From Balanoglossus misakiensis (Eukaryota > Animalia > Hemichordata): 64,000 bases of DNA. The notes beneath the pieces were generated by a model, which did not search any database, had not been told where the DNA came from, and was given only the letters and a program-made list of their open reading frames with translations. The stretch is taken from the NCBI GenBank assembly GCA_040954595.2, contig CM082581.2:14375350-14439349 (forward strand), in the 5' to 3' direction. Positions 25,001 to 41,000 of the stretch are shown piece by piece (position 1 is the stretch's first letter; each line of letters begins with the position of its first letter). The translations under genes were made by a program, and so were the position numbers.

Positions 25001-27838
25001 AATGTCAGGATGTGAATGCATTTGCCAACAGTAACAGTGGTAGTCACTGCACATATATACAGGCTATATTAATAAGCTGAATGCAATTTTGGCATACTAT
25101 AGAGAGTAGAACAAGAAGACACACTAGCCAAAATGGCCCTATAGTAATAGGCAGGGGTACAAGAAGATTTGTTTGGTCAACATAAACATCAACTTCCGTA
25201 CTTTGTGTCTTCATTACTATATCTGTGTTAAATGCTACCAGGAACTCATTGCTTTCTGTGTCCATTCCATCCTCTGCTTATCCTATTGTTGTAGGACCGT
25301 CGTTTGCAGACACGGCAGGCCTCGGACAGAACTTTCCTGTCTGTACCATTTGGGCAGTCGCTCTTCAGTGGGGAGAGTGTGCGTCAGAGAGAAGCCATTG
25401 TTGCAAGAGTGTTCGACATCTGCATCTTGATTGAAGGTGGGGTTATATCAAAAGAAGTTTATGAAAACTTATATACTCACATGCACAGCTGTCTTGAGAT
25501 GATACATTTATATATGCTCCATTCACAGAATTATTCTGTCACCTATTTCATGAGATATTCTGATTTGACTAATGAAGTTTTAACTTCATTGATCTGTCTG
25601 TTTTGTTTTCTCATTTGTTTCTTTTTGCATCAGTAATCATTGGCAAGTGAAGTTTTGAGTTGCATCATTTACTGATTGTGCAGTTCAAGAAGTTATATCG
25701 AATCTGAGGAGAGTAAATCACCAGATAAATAATCCACTTATTCCTCTGCAGGTGGCCCAGGGGCAGCTCACGAGGCAGAGGAGTTTGCCTGGAATGATCA
25801 CACAGTCATTCCAATCAAATGCACTGGGGGTGCTGCCGGTGGGAAATTCAATGTACCGAAGAAGATTTATGAGGTATCCTCCAGAAACATATTGTTCATT
25901 TTGTACGAAAGATGTATGATGTCCATTGGTGATATTGTCCAAGTTTTCTGTTGACATCCTTTTCTGGCTATATTAACCAATCTCCTAATTTGCTTGCATA
26001 ACACTTGGCAGTGCATATGGATTTTATGCACAATGTCTGCACCTTTTCACATTTTTTTCACCAATCGGTGTGAAAGAGAATTGAGCATTGGTGTATCTTT
26101 GTGTTATTGTTGACTGATGTGGCTATGATGAAAAATTTGTTGGTCATTTGTCTGTCATTGCAATTTGTTTTATGTTTCACTTTCTGGTCAAAAAGCATAC
26201 AGTCTCCATACATGATACAAATAGCAGTTCAGTAATGGAAAGTTAATTACAATACACCTCTATTAACCTTTTCCTTGTCTATCTTCGACTTTCCAAATAT
26301 AGATACGAGGGGTATTTAAATATCACCATAGACATAGATTAGTGTTGGTGTATGCACTAGCAGGTGGTTTTATGATATCCCTATTAAAATTGCCCATTTT
26401 TCTCTGATTTTTAACATTTACTGTAGATTTGATGACTTGTTGCTGTTTTTGTCAGTTGCCATGACAACCACATGAAGCACAGTACAATGAAAAAAACAAT
26501 AAATTTTCGATTGATTTACTATTTCCATTGGAAAAAAAATCAATATCCTTTGGTTTGATTAAACAGGTGCAATTTGTCTCTTTTTGTGTGTGTGCTTTAA
26601 GTGCTGAATGTCTTTTTTTTAATTTGATAAAATTGGAGATATTATAAGTTTGATAGAAATTGACATTATATTTAAAAGCAAAATGTTGGTAAAATAACAG
26701 CCTACATGATCGTCCTTATAATATTTTCAAATGTTGCTATGATCTCTCATAATGGTATCCAAAACCATTCACAAGGTTTTTAATGTAATAGCTAGCTGAT
26801 GAATCATATTCTACAGAAATATATCAGTTATTCCCAGAACACTTGTGAAATTATTTTCCTGTAACCTCTCTTATACTCTCTGTGTAAAGCATAAACATTT
26901 GTAATCAGTCACACAAAGTTTCAACATTTACATCAGAAAAGCAAACTATTTCAGACGTGCAGATTGCTGACGTGGACTTTGTCGCAAAAATTGGCATCGT
27001 TACTTTTTTTTGATGATGAACAGACAGCTCTTTCAGATTTCATAATAAAGTTGATTGAAATGCACACATTTCTGGTCTAGCAACAAATGCAGCATTCATC
27101 CGTATCAGTTTTATTCCGTGTAAAGCGGTGTAATTGTGTTCATTTTCAATGTCTCTTTTGTATCAACTGAACAAACAGTGAACTTTTTTTTTCAAGTCTT
27201 TCTTTGCCTGCAATATGGAGATGTGTGACGACTTGCCAAGGGACACAGATTTCATAATTTCTACAAGTGATGAGCGTATGATGAAAAAAAAATGATTTGA
27301 CCAAGTTTGAGCAAAATGGGAATAAATGTGTTCATCATTCTGAGTATCTTTTTAGGTGTAATTTAAATACTTAATGTAATTTGACCTTCTGTTGACCTTG
27401 ATTGAAAATGATGAATAATATGAGTCATGAGAAGTCTACAGGTACTGTCGGCATCTGAAATTTCACACAAGACAATCTTAACATTTCAGTGTTCTTAAAT
27501 TGTTTAAATCAGCAACAAATGTTGCAATTTTATTGCTCTATGATTAACAGACCTCTGTTGCATTTTATCAGGTGCCGAATGGTGTGGATGTCAAAGATTG
27601 GCAGTTGCTAGGCAACCAAGGTGCTGATGCGGAGTCAATAGGCGAGGCCGTGGCCAGGATTGTGCTGGCCATACAGAATTGTCCAACCAAACGACTGCCC
27701 TTCCATTCCTGCCCACCGGGCAGTCCACTTCGCAGACTGATTCCCAGAATGACTATCATCCCACCTCAGCAATCACCACCTCCCTTGTTGTCTCCAATGA
27801 AACCCCAAATGCTGAGCCCATCACAGTTCCCGGTGTAG
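16085..27838 (+). CDS. Predicted Ubl-Ubl-TIR-TIR-SLOG protein (~902 aa), 18 exons
   Basis: Exons 16085-16100, 16629-16821, 17162-17250, 17812-17918, 18185-18417, 18661-18883, 19338-19463, 19690-19825, 19952-20103, 20271-20396, 20739-20880, 21347-21501 (acceptor uncertain), 22039-22257, 22839-22936, 23081-23243, 25295-25436, 25752-25873, 27572-27838; phases join, total 2709 nt. TIR1: MLISYVRQEA..SVYLDVHEITCGADWQDALNYAVSNCEVFVPLVTPGYGNTQWTNREVKLA..KIIIPV. TIR2: LVVISLH..GYEVWCS..AGVVVFVLSKAFAQSKTCQQQVFYC..KRVVPL. SLOG-like: VYISGG, IVVTGGFYGVG, RQREAIVARVFDICILIEGGPGAAHEA, VIPIKCTGGAA. Confidence 0.85.
16472..16616. repeat. (TG)n, duplicated GGTGGGCGTGGTCAG and (TCAC)/(TCAT)n simple repeats in intron 1
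   Basis: Direct inspection. Confidence 0.8.
19491..19583. mobile_element. TTAA MITE, copy 4 (intron of the TIR-SLOG gene)
   Basis: TTAACCATATCACCACCATGG...CCATTGTTTTCTATGGTAAAGTTGGACCT...GAAGGCTTAA; 93 bp like copy 1. Confidence 0.75.
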
Positions 27839-30800
27839 AAACAATAGTCTAGTCAGTCTCCTAGAAACACTTGTATATATTGAGTGTATTGCACCCAATC
27901 CGTACACACCACAGTTACGCCAAATACAAGGATTTAGTTCAATAACTACAGGGTACAAAAGATAAAAACATGTTCTAATTACGCCTAGAGTAAATTCAGT
28001 TTAAATACTTTTGTCATAGGAATGATAGAAAAATCTTATTGAAAATGCTAGCTATTTAAGTTATTTTTATGATCCTTGAATCACTATTCACATGTTTTGC
28101 AATTTTAGATAATAATATGGCCACCCTTTTACTCTTCTTCAGAATTAGGGATTATTTTGTACACATCATATATAACAGTTATCTTCCTTTTTAATCTTTG
28201 CAATGCATTATTCATTTATTTTTAGTAATTTGAGAACTGCAGCATTATGGGAAGTGTTTGTCCTATGACTCCCATGATATAAGACTATAATGCATGTGTC
28301 TGTATTGTACCGGTAGGTATATTCCTTTCCATTTCAGTACAAATTTCAAAACTGAATCACGCTGCACAAGAAATCCTCACAGAAGAAAAAAACTCTAAAT
28401 ATATACTGAAGTAGTGCAAAGGAGGGTTTATTGGGATGTCCAAGTACAATTTATAGTAGTGTTTATGAAGTAGAATGGACAAAGTTCTTTTGACAATCAG
28501 AGTGTTTCCATTTTAAAAGTTAACTTATTTCAGAGGTGTAAGTTATTGTACTTAGAATTACAATGCTGTTTTGGCTTGAAAGAAGAGGCGACCAAAGTAC
28601 TTCAAGCTTCGGTAACTCCAACTTTGGGATATTTTCTCACTATTTTGGGTTTTTGGTATCAACTGTGGTTTCTTCTACTCTGTAAAAAATAAGAGTATTG
28701 ATGAGTATTTGCTTTTTTTCAACAGAGCTCTTGTGCAGTAATAAGCATTGTTACTGTTGAAAATTGAATTCAAGACCGAACACTTGATTCATTTGTCAAC
28801 AATAACAATGGCCATTACCCATGCTTTCTAAGAAGCTAGAGTCTAAACTTTCCAGAGTAGAACAATTAGAAACCGGAGAGACCTGTCTTCACAGCCATTC
28901 TCTTGGCCAGTAATTTTTTTATGAAAACATTTAATTTTACATAATGCAAGATTTGCCGTCCGTGTACAACAGCTTAAGACTCAGGTTCTTTAATTTGTAA
29001 AATACATGCATGTAAGTGCTAACCAGTCATCTGTACATATCTGTAGGACATATTTTTAAAACCTGTAGCATTGTTAATTTATTTTTATTTTCTGACACAG
29101 CTTTTTTATGCAAGTTTTGTAGCAGAATCTCAAGAAAACTTACTTTACTTATGTGGGTTGGCATAGATATTTTGAAAATGCAAATAAACCATAGTTTTTT
29201 TTGCAAACCATTCCACTTGTTTTAATTATATCAATGTGTTTGCAAAACTATTGCATCTGTATTGCAAATACATAAATGACATTATTCTGGTGAATAACTA
29301 TCATCCCTATTGTGTGTAGACTCAGAAGAATTGAATGTAAACCTACTTGGTTTACAAGTAAACCAAAAAGATTGAAACGGAGAAGGAAGAAGGTTAATAT
29401 GCAAAATAAGAATGAGCATGAGACAAGAGTGGTATAAATGTACAAATTTTCATAATCTTGCAACAACCACCCTTCTGAGGAATTCTGGCATGAATCATAT
29501 AATTCTCAATTCAGGATTTTAAAATGTTACAGTTGAAGTATTAGTGGCATGCACATTTGTGATCTGAACATATTGAAGTATCCAAATTGGTTTTATGGCT
29601 GGTACATCCTATTAATATGAATCTAAAAGTATCAGCGAAGGCAATCCAAACTTTAGGTTTTCAACAGAATTACCTATTTTTGGATCAAAATTTTACTGGA
29701 TTTCGTTATGGGCTTTCAAAGGACACATTTCAAGTATGGTGAAACCTTCCATAACCTGGGAAACAAGTCTGCAATGAATACTTCCTTAGGGCCTTCATAA
29801 TGTATGCACTGATCAGATAAATTCAAACGTGGACTGTTTTACCTGGCTAAATAACTTTTTTGCCAATTTTATGCATTCACAGATAGTTGATGTGAAAAAT
29901 CTTCGGTATACCCCACATTGAGAGTTTTAACAAGTTTTACAAATTGGGAGTGCCAATTGAAAGACATTAAATTCTTCCTCATTTTGATTGCAACCATTAC
30001 AACCTTCATCATGTTCATGGATATTTGTTTTAGCCATCATGAACTGAAGGTATTCACATGTGGGAAGAAATTAGTTTCATTCTCTTCTGGATCTTCATTG
30101 ATTGAGAACATAAACCATATTACACAGCGTTCATGAACAAATTGAGCAGCTCAGGTGACATGTACTGAAGTGATCATCAAGAACATATCAACAGCAGTAC
30201 CATTTTGCAGCATGGATATCCGACCAATTTCCCAGTGAAAAAGCTATTTTTGTGTTTCTAAATTGTACTGGGATAATAAAATTGGTAGATGAGGATCAGC
30301 ACCAGGAACCTACAGCACACCAAAAATAAACACAAGAACGTGAATATGTAAAATAGGATCATAAAAAATTTATTTTCATACATATACAAAAGGACAACTC
30401 TAACAGTACCAAGATATACAATTTAATCTTGAGATAAAATTTCTCTGGTAAATACCCTAAGATTGATGTTAAATACAAATCTTTTTTTAAATAAAATATG
30501 ATATGTACCTCACTTTGTAAAATCTTATCTGTAGTTTTAAAATAATTCAACATCATTGAAAGAACCTACCCTCAATTGCTCTTCAGCGAAAAATGACCTT
30601 TTGCCAAATTACTTTCCAGATGACTGTAATAATCTTGTCAATAATATGTAAGAAAGACTTTTTTGTGTCGCAAGTGTCTCCCATTTCTTACATATCACAA
30701 AAATATTTTAGTTCGGGTGTTTTTTTTAACACAAGATTCCAATACAATGTTGTCTTTGTGTGAACTGTTGTCACTGCTAACTGAAACATTTGACCTATAC

Positions 30801-32037
30801 ACTGTGTGACCTTTGATATGTACCATATTCTGATAACTCTCTACATTACTTTTCTTGGACTCTAGAATTCTGCAAAGACATTTTCTCAGTAGCACAAAAT
30901 GACAGATCAGACACATAACTGAACACTTATGCAGTGAAATACTTGTTGTTTTACTGTAACAATATTTGAGATGAGCAGCATGATGGCAAATGTACTGACC
31001 TAGGGCTTTACTGTTGCCTGGAATGTACCTTTACGTTTACAATTTCACCACAACCCTGGCCAATACTTAAAAAAAACAAGTTTATCAGTGTCATCAAATC
31101 CAATGTAAAAGGCATCAAAGCCATAAAATACATAGATGGACAAATATCATACATTAAAAACTCTTGTATTAAAGTGTTTGCCACTGTCTGTTGTACAGGC
31201 CTGTATTAACAATGAAGGCAGGAGAGATGGAACTCAGGTTAGCACACGCTGCTGTGAAATTACTGTTGCATACTGTTACAGCGTTTTACACATACATGTA
31301 CCTGAGTTTGTGCAAACCGCAGTGCCTGTATCTGTATGACTGTATACAGTGCTGTGAATACAGTTGTATTTTACTGTATAAAATTACATATTTATCATTC
31401 AATACTACAAATTCTGTTCAAAAGTCATGTACCAAGCGACACATACACAATAAAAAAAATTAAAAAGTGGTGATCATATGGTAAATTCATAGAAATTACA
31501 GACTATACATTTCATTGCTTTTCTAAATTCTCTTACAGATTAAATTCTTTGTTTTGAATGCTGAGAAACAGGGCTTCCATCAATAAAACAGGGTGGCATA
31601 GCAAAGGTTGGGTTTCCCTGGTTATAAACCTTCACCATTAGTATTGATCATAATATATTTTATGAATAAAAAAACAACTGTGTCTGATCTGTTTTCATTA
31701 CGTAGATCTGCAGACAGACTTGTTTACCAGTGTTGCATGAGACCCAACTTCCTGGCCATGAGCTAGCAAACTTTTCTGCCAAGAAAATGTTTTTATAATT
31801 GGCCATTTTCATTACCCTTGCTCGACCCAACATCCTCCATGTCCATTGGTCTGTATAAATCTGCCAGTTTGGGACAGGTCACAAATGCTATTCGATCAGC
31901 TCATAAACTGAATTGCTGTGTTGACAATCTGTTATAAAATTTGAATTTTTTCATAGTATACAAGGTTGCAGACAGACAGGTCACGCAAGGATGTGAATTG
32001 AGACAAAATGGGGTCATGAAAATGGCCACTCTCGCTG

Positions 32038-34379
<2,342 letters not shown>

Positions 34380-34693
34380 CTTCTGCAATATTGAGCAATG
34401 TCATGGGGTGAAGTCACTATACTTCATCATTAAATAACCAATGTGTTCATACATGTATATTGATCCTAAATCTTGACGCTGCATTCTAGTCTACTTATAA
34501 TATAAGCTTGGTGGTACCTCCAGGACATACCCATACCCTTACACTTCACTCTTGAGGTTGGGCGTAGTCTGTTTAGTAATACTTAGCCAGCTGTCATTTC
34601 ATATGTCGTGTGTACACATTTTATATTCGCTGCCGAAATAATATACTTACTGTCTGATTTCCGTAATTTTCAGTACAATCATTTACATCCTTA

Positions 34694-35079
34694 CCTGGTA
34701 ATGTACAGATATATGTTTGTTTACTTACATAGCAATTTCTTCTATCAAACGTCCCTAAGGCAAGACTCTGTACTTCCGGGTTTGGTTATACGTGATGCGT
34801 AAAACGTCACCAAGACCGTCGTCTGGAAGCAACTATTTTTCTGGTTTAGGGTACTAAGGTTTTGTTGTCTGAGGGGCAACTACATATATCTTTGATATTT
34901 TCTTTTCGGTGCGTTTAGAAATAAATAATCACTTCAGTGCTTACAGACAGGTGTCACATGTTGGTAGACATTTGTATTTCAAACGAAGAGAAGATTTTTA
35001 TCAATGACGCAACACTACTTGGTGTCCCGCACACTTGTGATGCAAAAAGAAATGACGTATTACACAGAACAATTTCAAA
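34694..35079. promoter_or_regulatory. Bidirectional promoter region of MORN4 (-) and the LCOR-like gene (+)
   Basis: Minus-strand donor (CAG|GTAAGG) at ~34694 for a MORN4 5' UTR exon; ETS-like ACTTCCGG at ~34772; YY1-like AAAATGGCTGCC overlapping the LCOR-like ATG. Confidence 0.55.
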
Positions 35080-38000
35080 ATGGCTGCCGCAGTATCTTGC
35101 GGCAACATCCGCTGTCAACAAGAGCGCCGGCAATTAAGAAAAGAATTGGAGAGGGGGAGGAAAAATCTTATCACATGTATTGGTAAGTATTGTCCTTTCA
35201 TGTTTATGGGTTTTTTCTTATTTTCATGGCTTGCCATTTTAAATTAATTGCGATAAATTTCACCCGTTCACGCTTTGTTGTTTTTTGCTGGCTTAGGTAG
35301 CCATTACGGTTCGCACTTCCACCCCCACCGGGAGACCACGGCCGACACCTTGATGCATAGTGTTTGAAAGTCGTTACGACAGCTTTGACATAACTTTTGC
35401 CTGTTGGCTTGTGAACTTGATCCGCCAACCTTTCACCTGTCAGAAACCATAAGTGATGTTCATTTGTCAAATTTTATTCATATGATTGTGAACGTGTGCT
35501 TATCACCGAATCCAAATGGGAAGCACGGTAAACAGAAGGGACCTTGAGCAAAATGGCGTCGTCAAAATTTCTATTGAACCACTGGGACTTTCGCTTTGGC
35601 AAATATGGGAAGTCGATTTAGAGCACCGGTAGCTTACTATCGTAGTTTCAGACGAATTGTTTGAAATTTTTGTCGTCTGCAAGCCGATTTCTGCAGCTGA
35701 CAGGGCCGATTACGATCCCAAGTCGGTCGCGAATTTCGTAAAATTGCCCAACCCTGCGATAATGACAACGGGCAAATTATCATATTTCAGGCTCATTATA
35801 TATGCACACATCACGCGCATTAAACCGATGATAAATATTTTGGAAATAAAACCCGACAACCTATTTTAGCTGTCAAAACAACATTTGTACACAGTATAAC
35901 TGTAGTGCCAATGCCTAGCAATGTGTATTGAGATGTGTCTAAGTCGTTCTTACAAGGAACAAGGCAGTTTTAATGGTGTTTTAATTGAAAACTCATTGTT
36001 GCAAATGCAAATTGAAGACGATGGGTTATCTCACCAAGACACCGTTTTATGGTAATTTATGGCAAGGCGTTCTTCATCAATTAGCATGGTTGTTTTGCAT
36101 ATAGTAGTATGTATTGTTCTGCAGCTCAAGGTGTGGGAGACCATTTCCTGGTAAGGGGCCTAGGAACACATGGCCGGCCAGACTGTTACAATGAAAAGAA
36201 AATAATGGCACTGTATCATCATATTCGTCTGTCTGGTATTGATTTGCTGCCCCATAGCTTATTGTCATTTTATTGTCATTCGTCTGATGTTTCCTCTAGC
36301 TTTCTTGTGGCAGATAAGTAAATTACACAAATCACAAACATTGTTAAATAAAACAACAATAGCCCTGTAAATTGATAGCACTGTTTATTCACTGTAAACT
36401 CCCAATTCACCATGATTCGCTGTATAATAGGTGGTAAAATTCTCATTTTTTCAAAAAAGTTGAATTTGTCGTCCCATTTTCTCTTTAATTTCTTATTGTG
36501 TCTGCTATGAAAATTAACCTAGCAACATCAATGCCCTTGGTTGACCTTACCCATTCGGTTGGTTGGTTGCAGACAGACATATAATACCTACTAATATAAT
36601 TCCTAAATAAGCAATATTTTTTTCACATGAGATTTTTTAGTGTAGTCAGCCAGTACTGTTGTAGGTGTCTAGAAATATGCCCAGCACGCTAATCTATAAT
36701 CCTTTGCCATATTTAACAGCTCTTCTGGAAATTTTCAAAAGTAATTTTCATATTTCTTAATTTCAAAAAAATTGTATTTAGGTATGTGTTAAGTGGGCAT
36801 TCAAACTCCTGGAAGGCTATTTTATTGAGCAGCACCAGACATTTTGTCATTGTTTAGGTTACTTGTTCTATGGTGATATTCATGTTCATATTCATATTCA
36901 ATAAATCTATATTCATTTATTTCTAATTTTTACAAGAATGGAACAGTTTATGTCATGTGTGGTGAGATAAAAGCAGCATTTATGTTTTATCTGTTTACAG
37001 TTTCATGATAATTTTGAAATATGATTTGTTCTAACAAATTGTGAAATGAAGTTACCAAATGTAGGCCCAATTTAATTAATATTTAAGTTTCATAGTTTTA
37101 ATGACATTTTTTTCTAGATGAATTGTTCAGCATTTGAATTGCACAGTTCATTGATGAATGTGTCCTTGGTTTTGCATATGGCAAATTATTGTGTTACTTA
37201 ATATTGCAGAATGCGACAGGCTGTTTTCATTATCTCATCATAATGGCAAGTGCAAAAGCTTTCCAAAAATACACTTTTAAAGTAGGGTCAGTTTCAACAT
37301 ACAGTATATTTATGAATATCCATGTTTAAGTGGCAGACTTTTCTGGACTATAGTTAGCTGGTTGACATAGGAGAGGATTTTTCGTGGGTTTTCAATTCAC
37401 TTGTGTTTCTTTACATGTAGTTTTTAACAGAGATAAAAAGAAATGGACATTCACCAATACAGTGCTCTTTATAATGACATAGCATTCTTGAATGATGACC
37501 ATCAGCATCCTAAGGATGCTGATGGTATATTGAAACGTTCTACTCAGCTGTCTCCATCATAACAGAGAAACGGATGTAATCGAAAAAAACTGTCCGTTTT
37601 AGATCAGTATGGGGAATCGCAGAAAATACAATTTTGGTGACAGTTTTAAGAATAATTATCACCAATTGTGTATGTCTTTTGTATTAGAATAATATGAAAA
37701 TGATCTATTGGCAGTGAGAGAGTGGAATGCACATGGTGTTGGTTATTTATGGAATTTGTCTTGGTCTTAAATTCAGACAGACCATCCACCCTAGGTGCCG
37801 ATTGGGGCAAATGAAAGATGAATAGCCCATCTCGGTCTCCCTAATGACCTTGTTTTCATTACCGGAAATGAGCAAATTTTATTGATGTGTCCCATGTTTG
37901 TGTTCACAGTAAAGTCAGGCTTTTTCTGCGGTTTCATTTTCATCCAGGACTTTTCTTCCTGCCATATGTATTCCTTTTAGAAAATCTGGTATTTGGATGA

Positions 38001-41000
38001 CGAGATAAATCCAGACGACCTTGAGGTCTAACATTCAAGTATTGGGCCGCAGCAGTTGAAATATTTGGAATGTTATTGCGTGACTTGTTTGGCGGTGTTG
38101 TCACGTGTGTAAATTTAGAACGTACATGTACATGCTTGCAAATTTGTAAACATGTTTCACTTCCACTTCAGTCGGACCCTTTCTTATTTGGTTTGACCCT
38201 TGCTCTCTGGCCAAAATTTGGTAGTGAAGGGCGAAACAGGGTCCTTATACCTGTCTCAAGATGTTATGACATTGTATATTAGTATTATTAACAAAATAGT
38301 ACATCCTTCTCAATATGGAAATGCTCTTAATTAAAGTCATCATCTTTAATATGTCATATTTTTTTAAACACCTACCTTAGTAATCTGATGATGCTTTGGT
38401 TGTAACTTGATCTCATTTTCTTAGAAATGGTTTCAATATTACAACAAAATATCATCAAGTCAACACATTACTGAAGTCTAAATGGTTACTGAGATGTTTC
38501 AAGGTCTTTTATGATACCGAATTATTGAATGAAAAATTGTACAAAAAATAAGTAGAAAGACAACACATATGGAGAACAAAAACAACGGTTAAATCCGACA
38601 CAAATATTGTCAAAAAGTTTCCCATGCTGCGTCACTCACTGTGGGGGAGCTCTTTATGTTGAGAGACTGTTATCAAAGCTAATATCAACACAGTGTATGT
38701 CCTCCTCCACCACTGATTGATATTTTGTATATTAGTAAGTTTTTCAGAAACAACCTTCTGAGAATTCTTGTGCTGTACTTGCTGGTAAAAAGATGAATTT
38801 TACAGTGGTGAAAACATGTTCAGGAAAAAACGCAATGGAGTTGAAGAGCGTTGTAAAGATGTCATGCCTTGGTTAGTTGGTATGATATATTAACATGTAA
38901 TAACATGTTACAAGTACAGTCCATTGCCTAAGAGGGTAGAGCGTACTGCACCCAGTTTTTAGCACCATTGCTGACGTCAATGTAAGGGCAGTGAATACAA
39001 AATCAAGTCACCTTTAGTGGCAAGATGTCATTAACCTCTGCTCCTTCCTGTTTGCTGGTAAAGGCATTGCCATGCGTCCCACTGTTTTGATGCTGTAATG
39101 GACTTCCCTGGTAGCATCAGTGCGCTCACACCATCATAGATTCTCGCCTCGCGGGAGAAATGCGATTTTTTATGGGCCTTCCATTTTCAAAAATATCTGC
39201 GAAATGTTTCCATGGGCCCGAGTAATGGGTGGGTTGTAAAATGAAATGAATGTTGACAAGTTGATTTGGAAATTGAAACTGTATACTTCGAGCCTCTGGC
39301 AGGCAGGTGGTTATACACTGATGTGTATAGAATAATCAAGTTCTTTAGAACCTGACCAACTTAGAGATGCAGAAAAGGACTCTGTTTCTATCAAGTTACC
39401 TTTTCAGAACCGGAGAAAAGTTACTCTTTGGGTAAATGTAAGCCTGTGCAGCTAAAATATCAGCTTCTATACCAATATCTTCAGAGTAATTTGACTCGTT
39501 GCATGAAATGTGGAACTGGTCCATCTCGTCAATGCATCATAGGTGAGCAGAGGAATGCATTACAGTTCACAGAGACCACAATTCTGATGTCTTTGCAATC
39601 AAGTTCAGGTCATTCAGCTGGCACACCACCATCACTGCTGTCTACAGTGAGGGCAAAGGGACAGAAGAAATTGTTCAGTTTGCAGAGATGTCCAATCTAT
39701 AGGGGTTCTTTTGACATGTGGTTCCATGTAAAAGGGACAGGAAAAGGTGTTCGGTTTAGATAGGTTTTACTCTATAGGTCCAACATCACATCCTTTATCT
39801 TTGCCACCAGGCACAGGGGTATGTTGGATAGCAAAGGTTAACTCTCTGTCACTGAGTTGTTCAGTTTAAGATCACGTCACTTCTCTTTCATGTTTCAGTG
39901 ATGTTAAAGATGATGATATTCAACGTAGGATAACCCTGGAAATGAACAAGCGTTTTTGAATGGATTTTGTTTGCTCTTAGTTCAGATATTTAATCTGCTT
40001 TTCACATAGAGCCCCATTTGACTCCTTGAATTTGATGTGTGTTTCCCACTTGTGCATACCTTGCATTACTCTATCTCAAGCATGTGATCTTCTGACCTGG
40101 GAGAGGTCATGTGATCACACCACATGGCTACACACCACGCCCCTGAGAGTGTCTCCAAATTTATGTCAGGTTTACCGGAGCTTGCTGTCTTGAACTTTGG
40201 TCCAAATTCTGTTGTTTTCTTGCTTGGATGTTTGCAGAGTGGTGGCAGAGGGGTCAAGCACTGTGTCACTGTGGTCACACATTTGATGTTCGATACAATA
40301 CAACAAAGGTTACATGGTCAAAGTTTGAGGAAAAAGGCAAAGTACACGTACACCTTCTGAATGTGCTTCTTACAAGGTATACAGCCCACAGTGTACTGTC
40401 CTCTCAGGAGCAACAAATGTTAAACATGTGTACCATAATTCCCTCAGTATTCCTTGTCAAAATATTGCCAGAAGCTCTAGCATGCAGTTCTGAACTACTT
40501 CCATCTTTGTTGCTGAACACTTTGCTATCCGTACATGTTTAAGTCATAAACGCACCTAAAGATTCATATACACTAAACCTGTGTAAACCGGACACTAAAG
40601 GGACTGAAGAAATTGTTCGGTTTGCAGATGTGCCTTTAATTATTTTAATACATGTAGAGGTTCTTTTAACATGTGGTTCTATGTGGAAGGGACTGGAAAA
40701 TGTGTTCGGTATAGACAGGATTCCAGATTAGACAGGGTTCGGTTTAGAAAGGTTTTAGTGTACAATGCTTGTGGTAAGTGAAACTGATGATTCCTTGATT
40801 TTGGTAAGAAAATGATATTTCTACCTTAAGACGATAAAGTGACATGGATGTTTGTTTTGAACAAATTCTATAGCTAAAAAATGACATCAGTATTCATATC
40901 AATCAACCTGAATGGCAATACAACTTTTAATATTACAAATATCAAAATAATCACTATTGATATGTTCAGAGGTTTGCAAAATATTTTCAGAAATATTTTC

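Noticed and set aside
25874-27571. Possible second U12 intron (starts GTATCCTCC) in the TIR-SLOG gene
   Set aside because: Deviates from GTATCCTT, has no CCTTAAC branch site near the 3' end, and has an ordinary AG|GT context and pyrimidine-rich acceptor.
36125-36150. Phase-plausible micro-exon (CAG|CTCAAGG...CTG|GTAAGG) in LCOR-like intron 1
   Set aside because: It ends in phase 0 while the next conserved exon needs phase 1, and it would interrupt a conserved motif.
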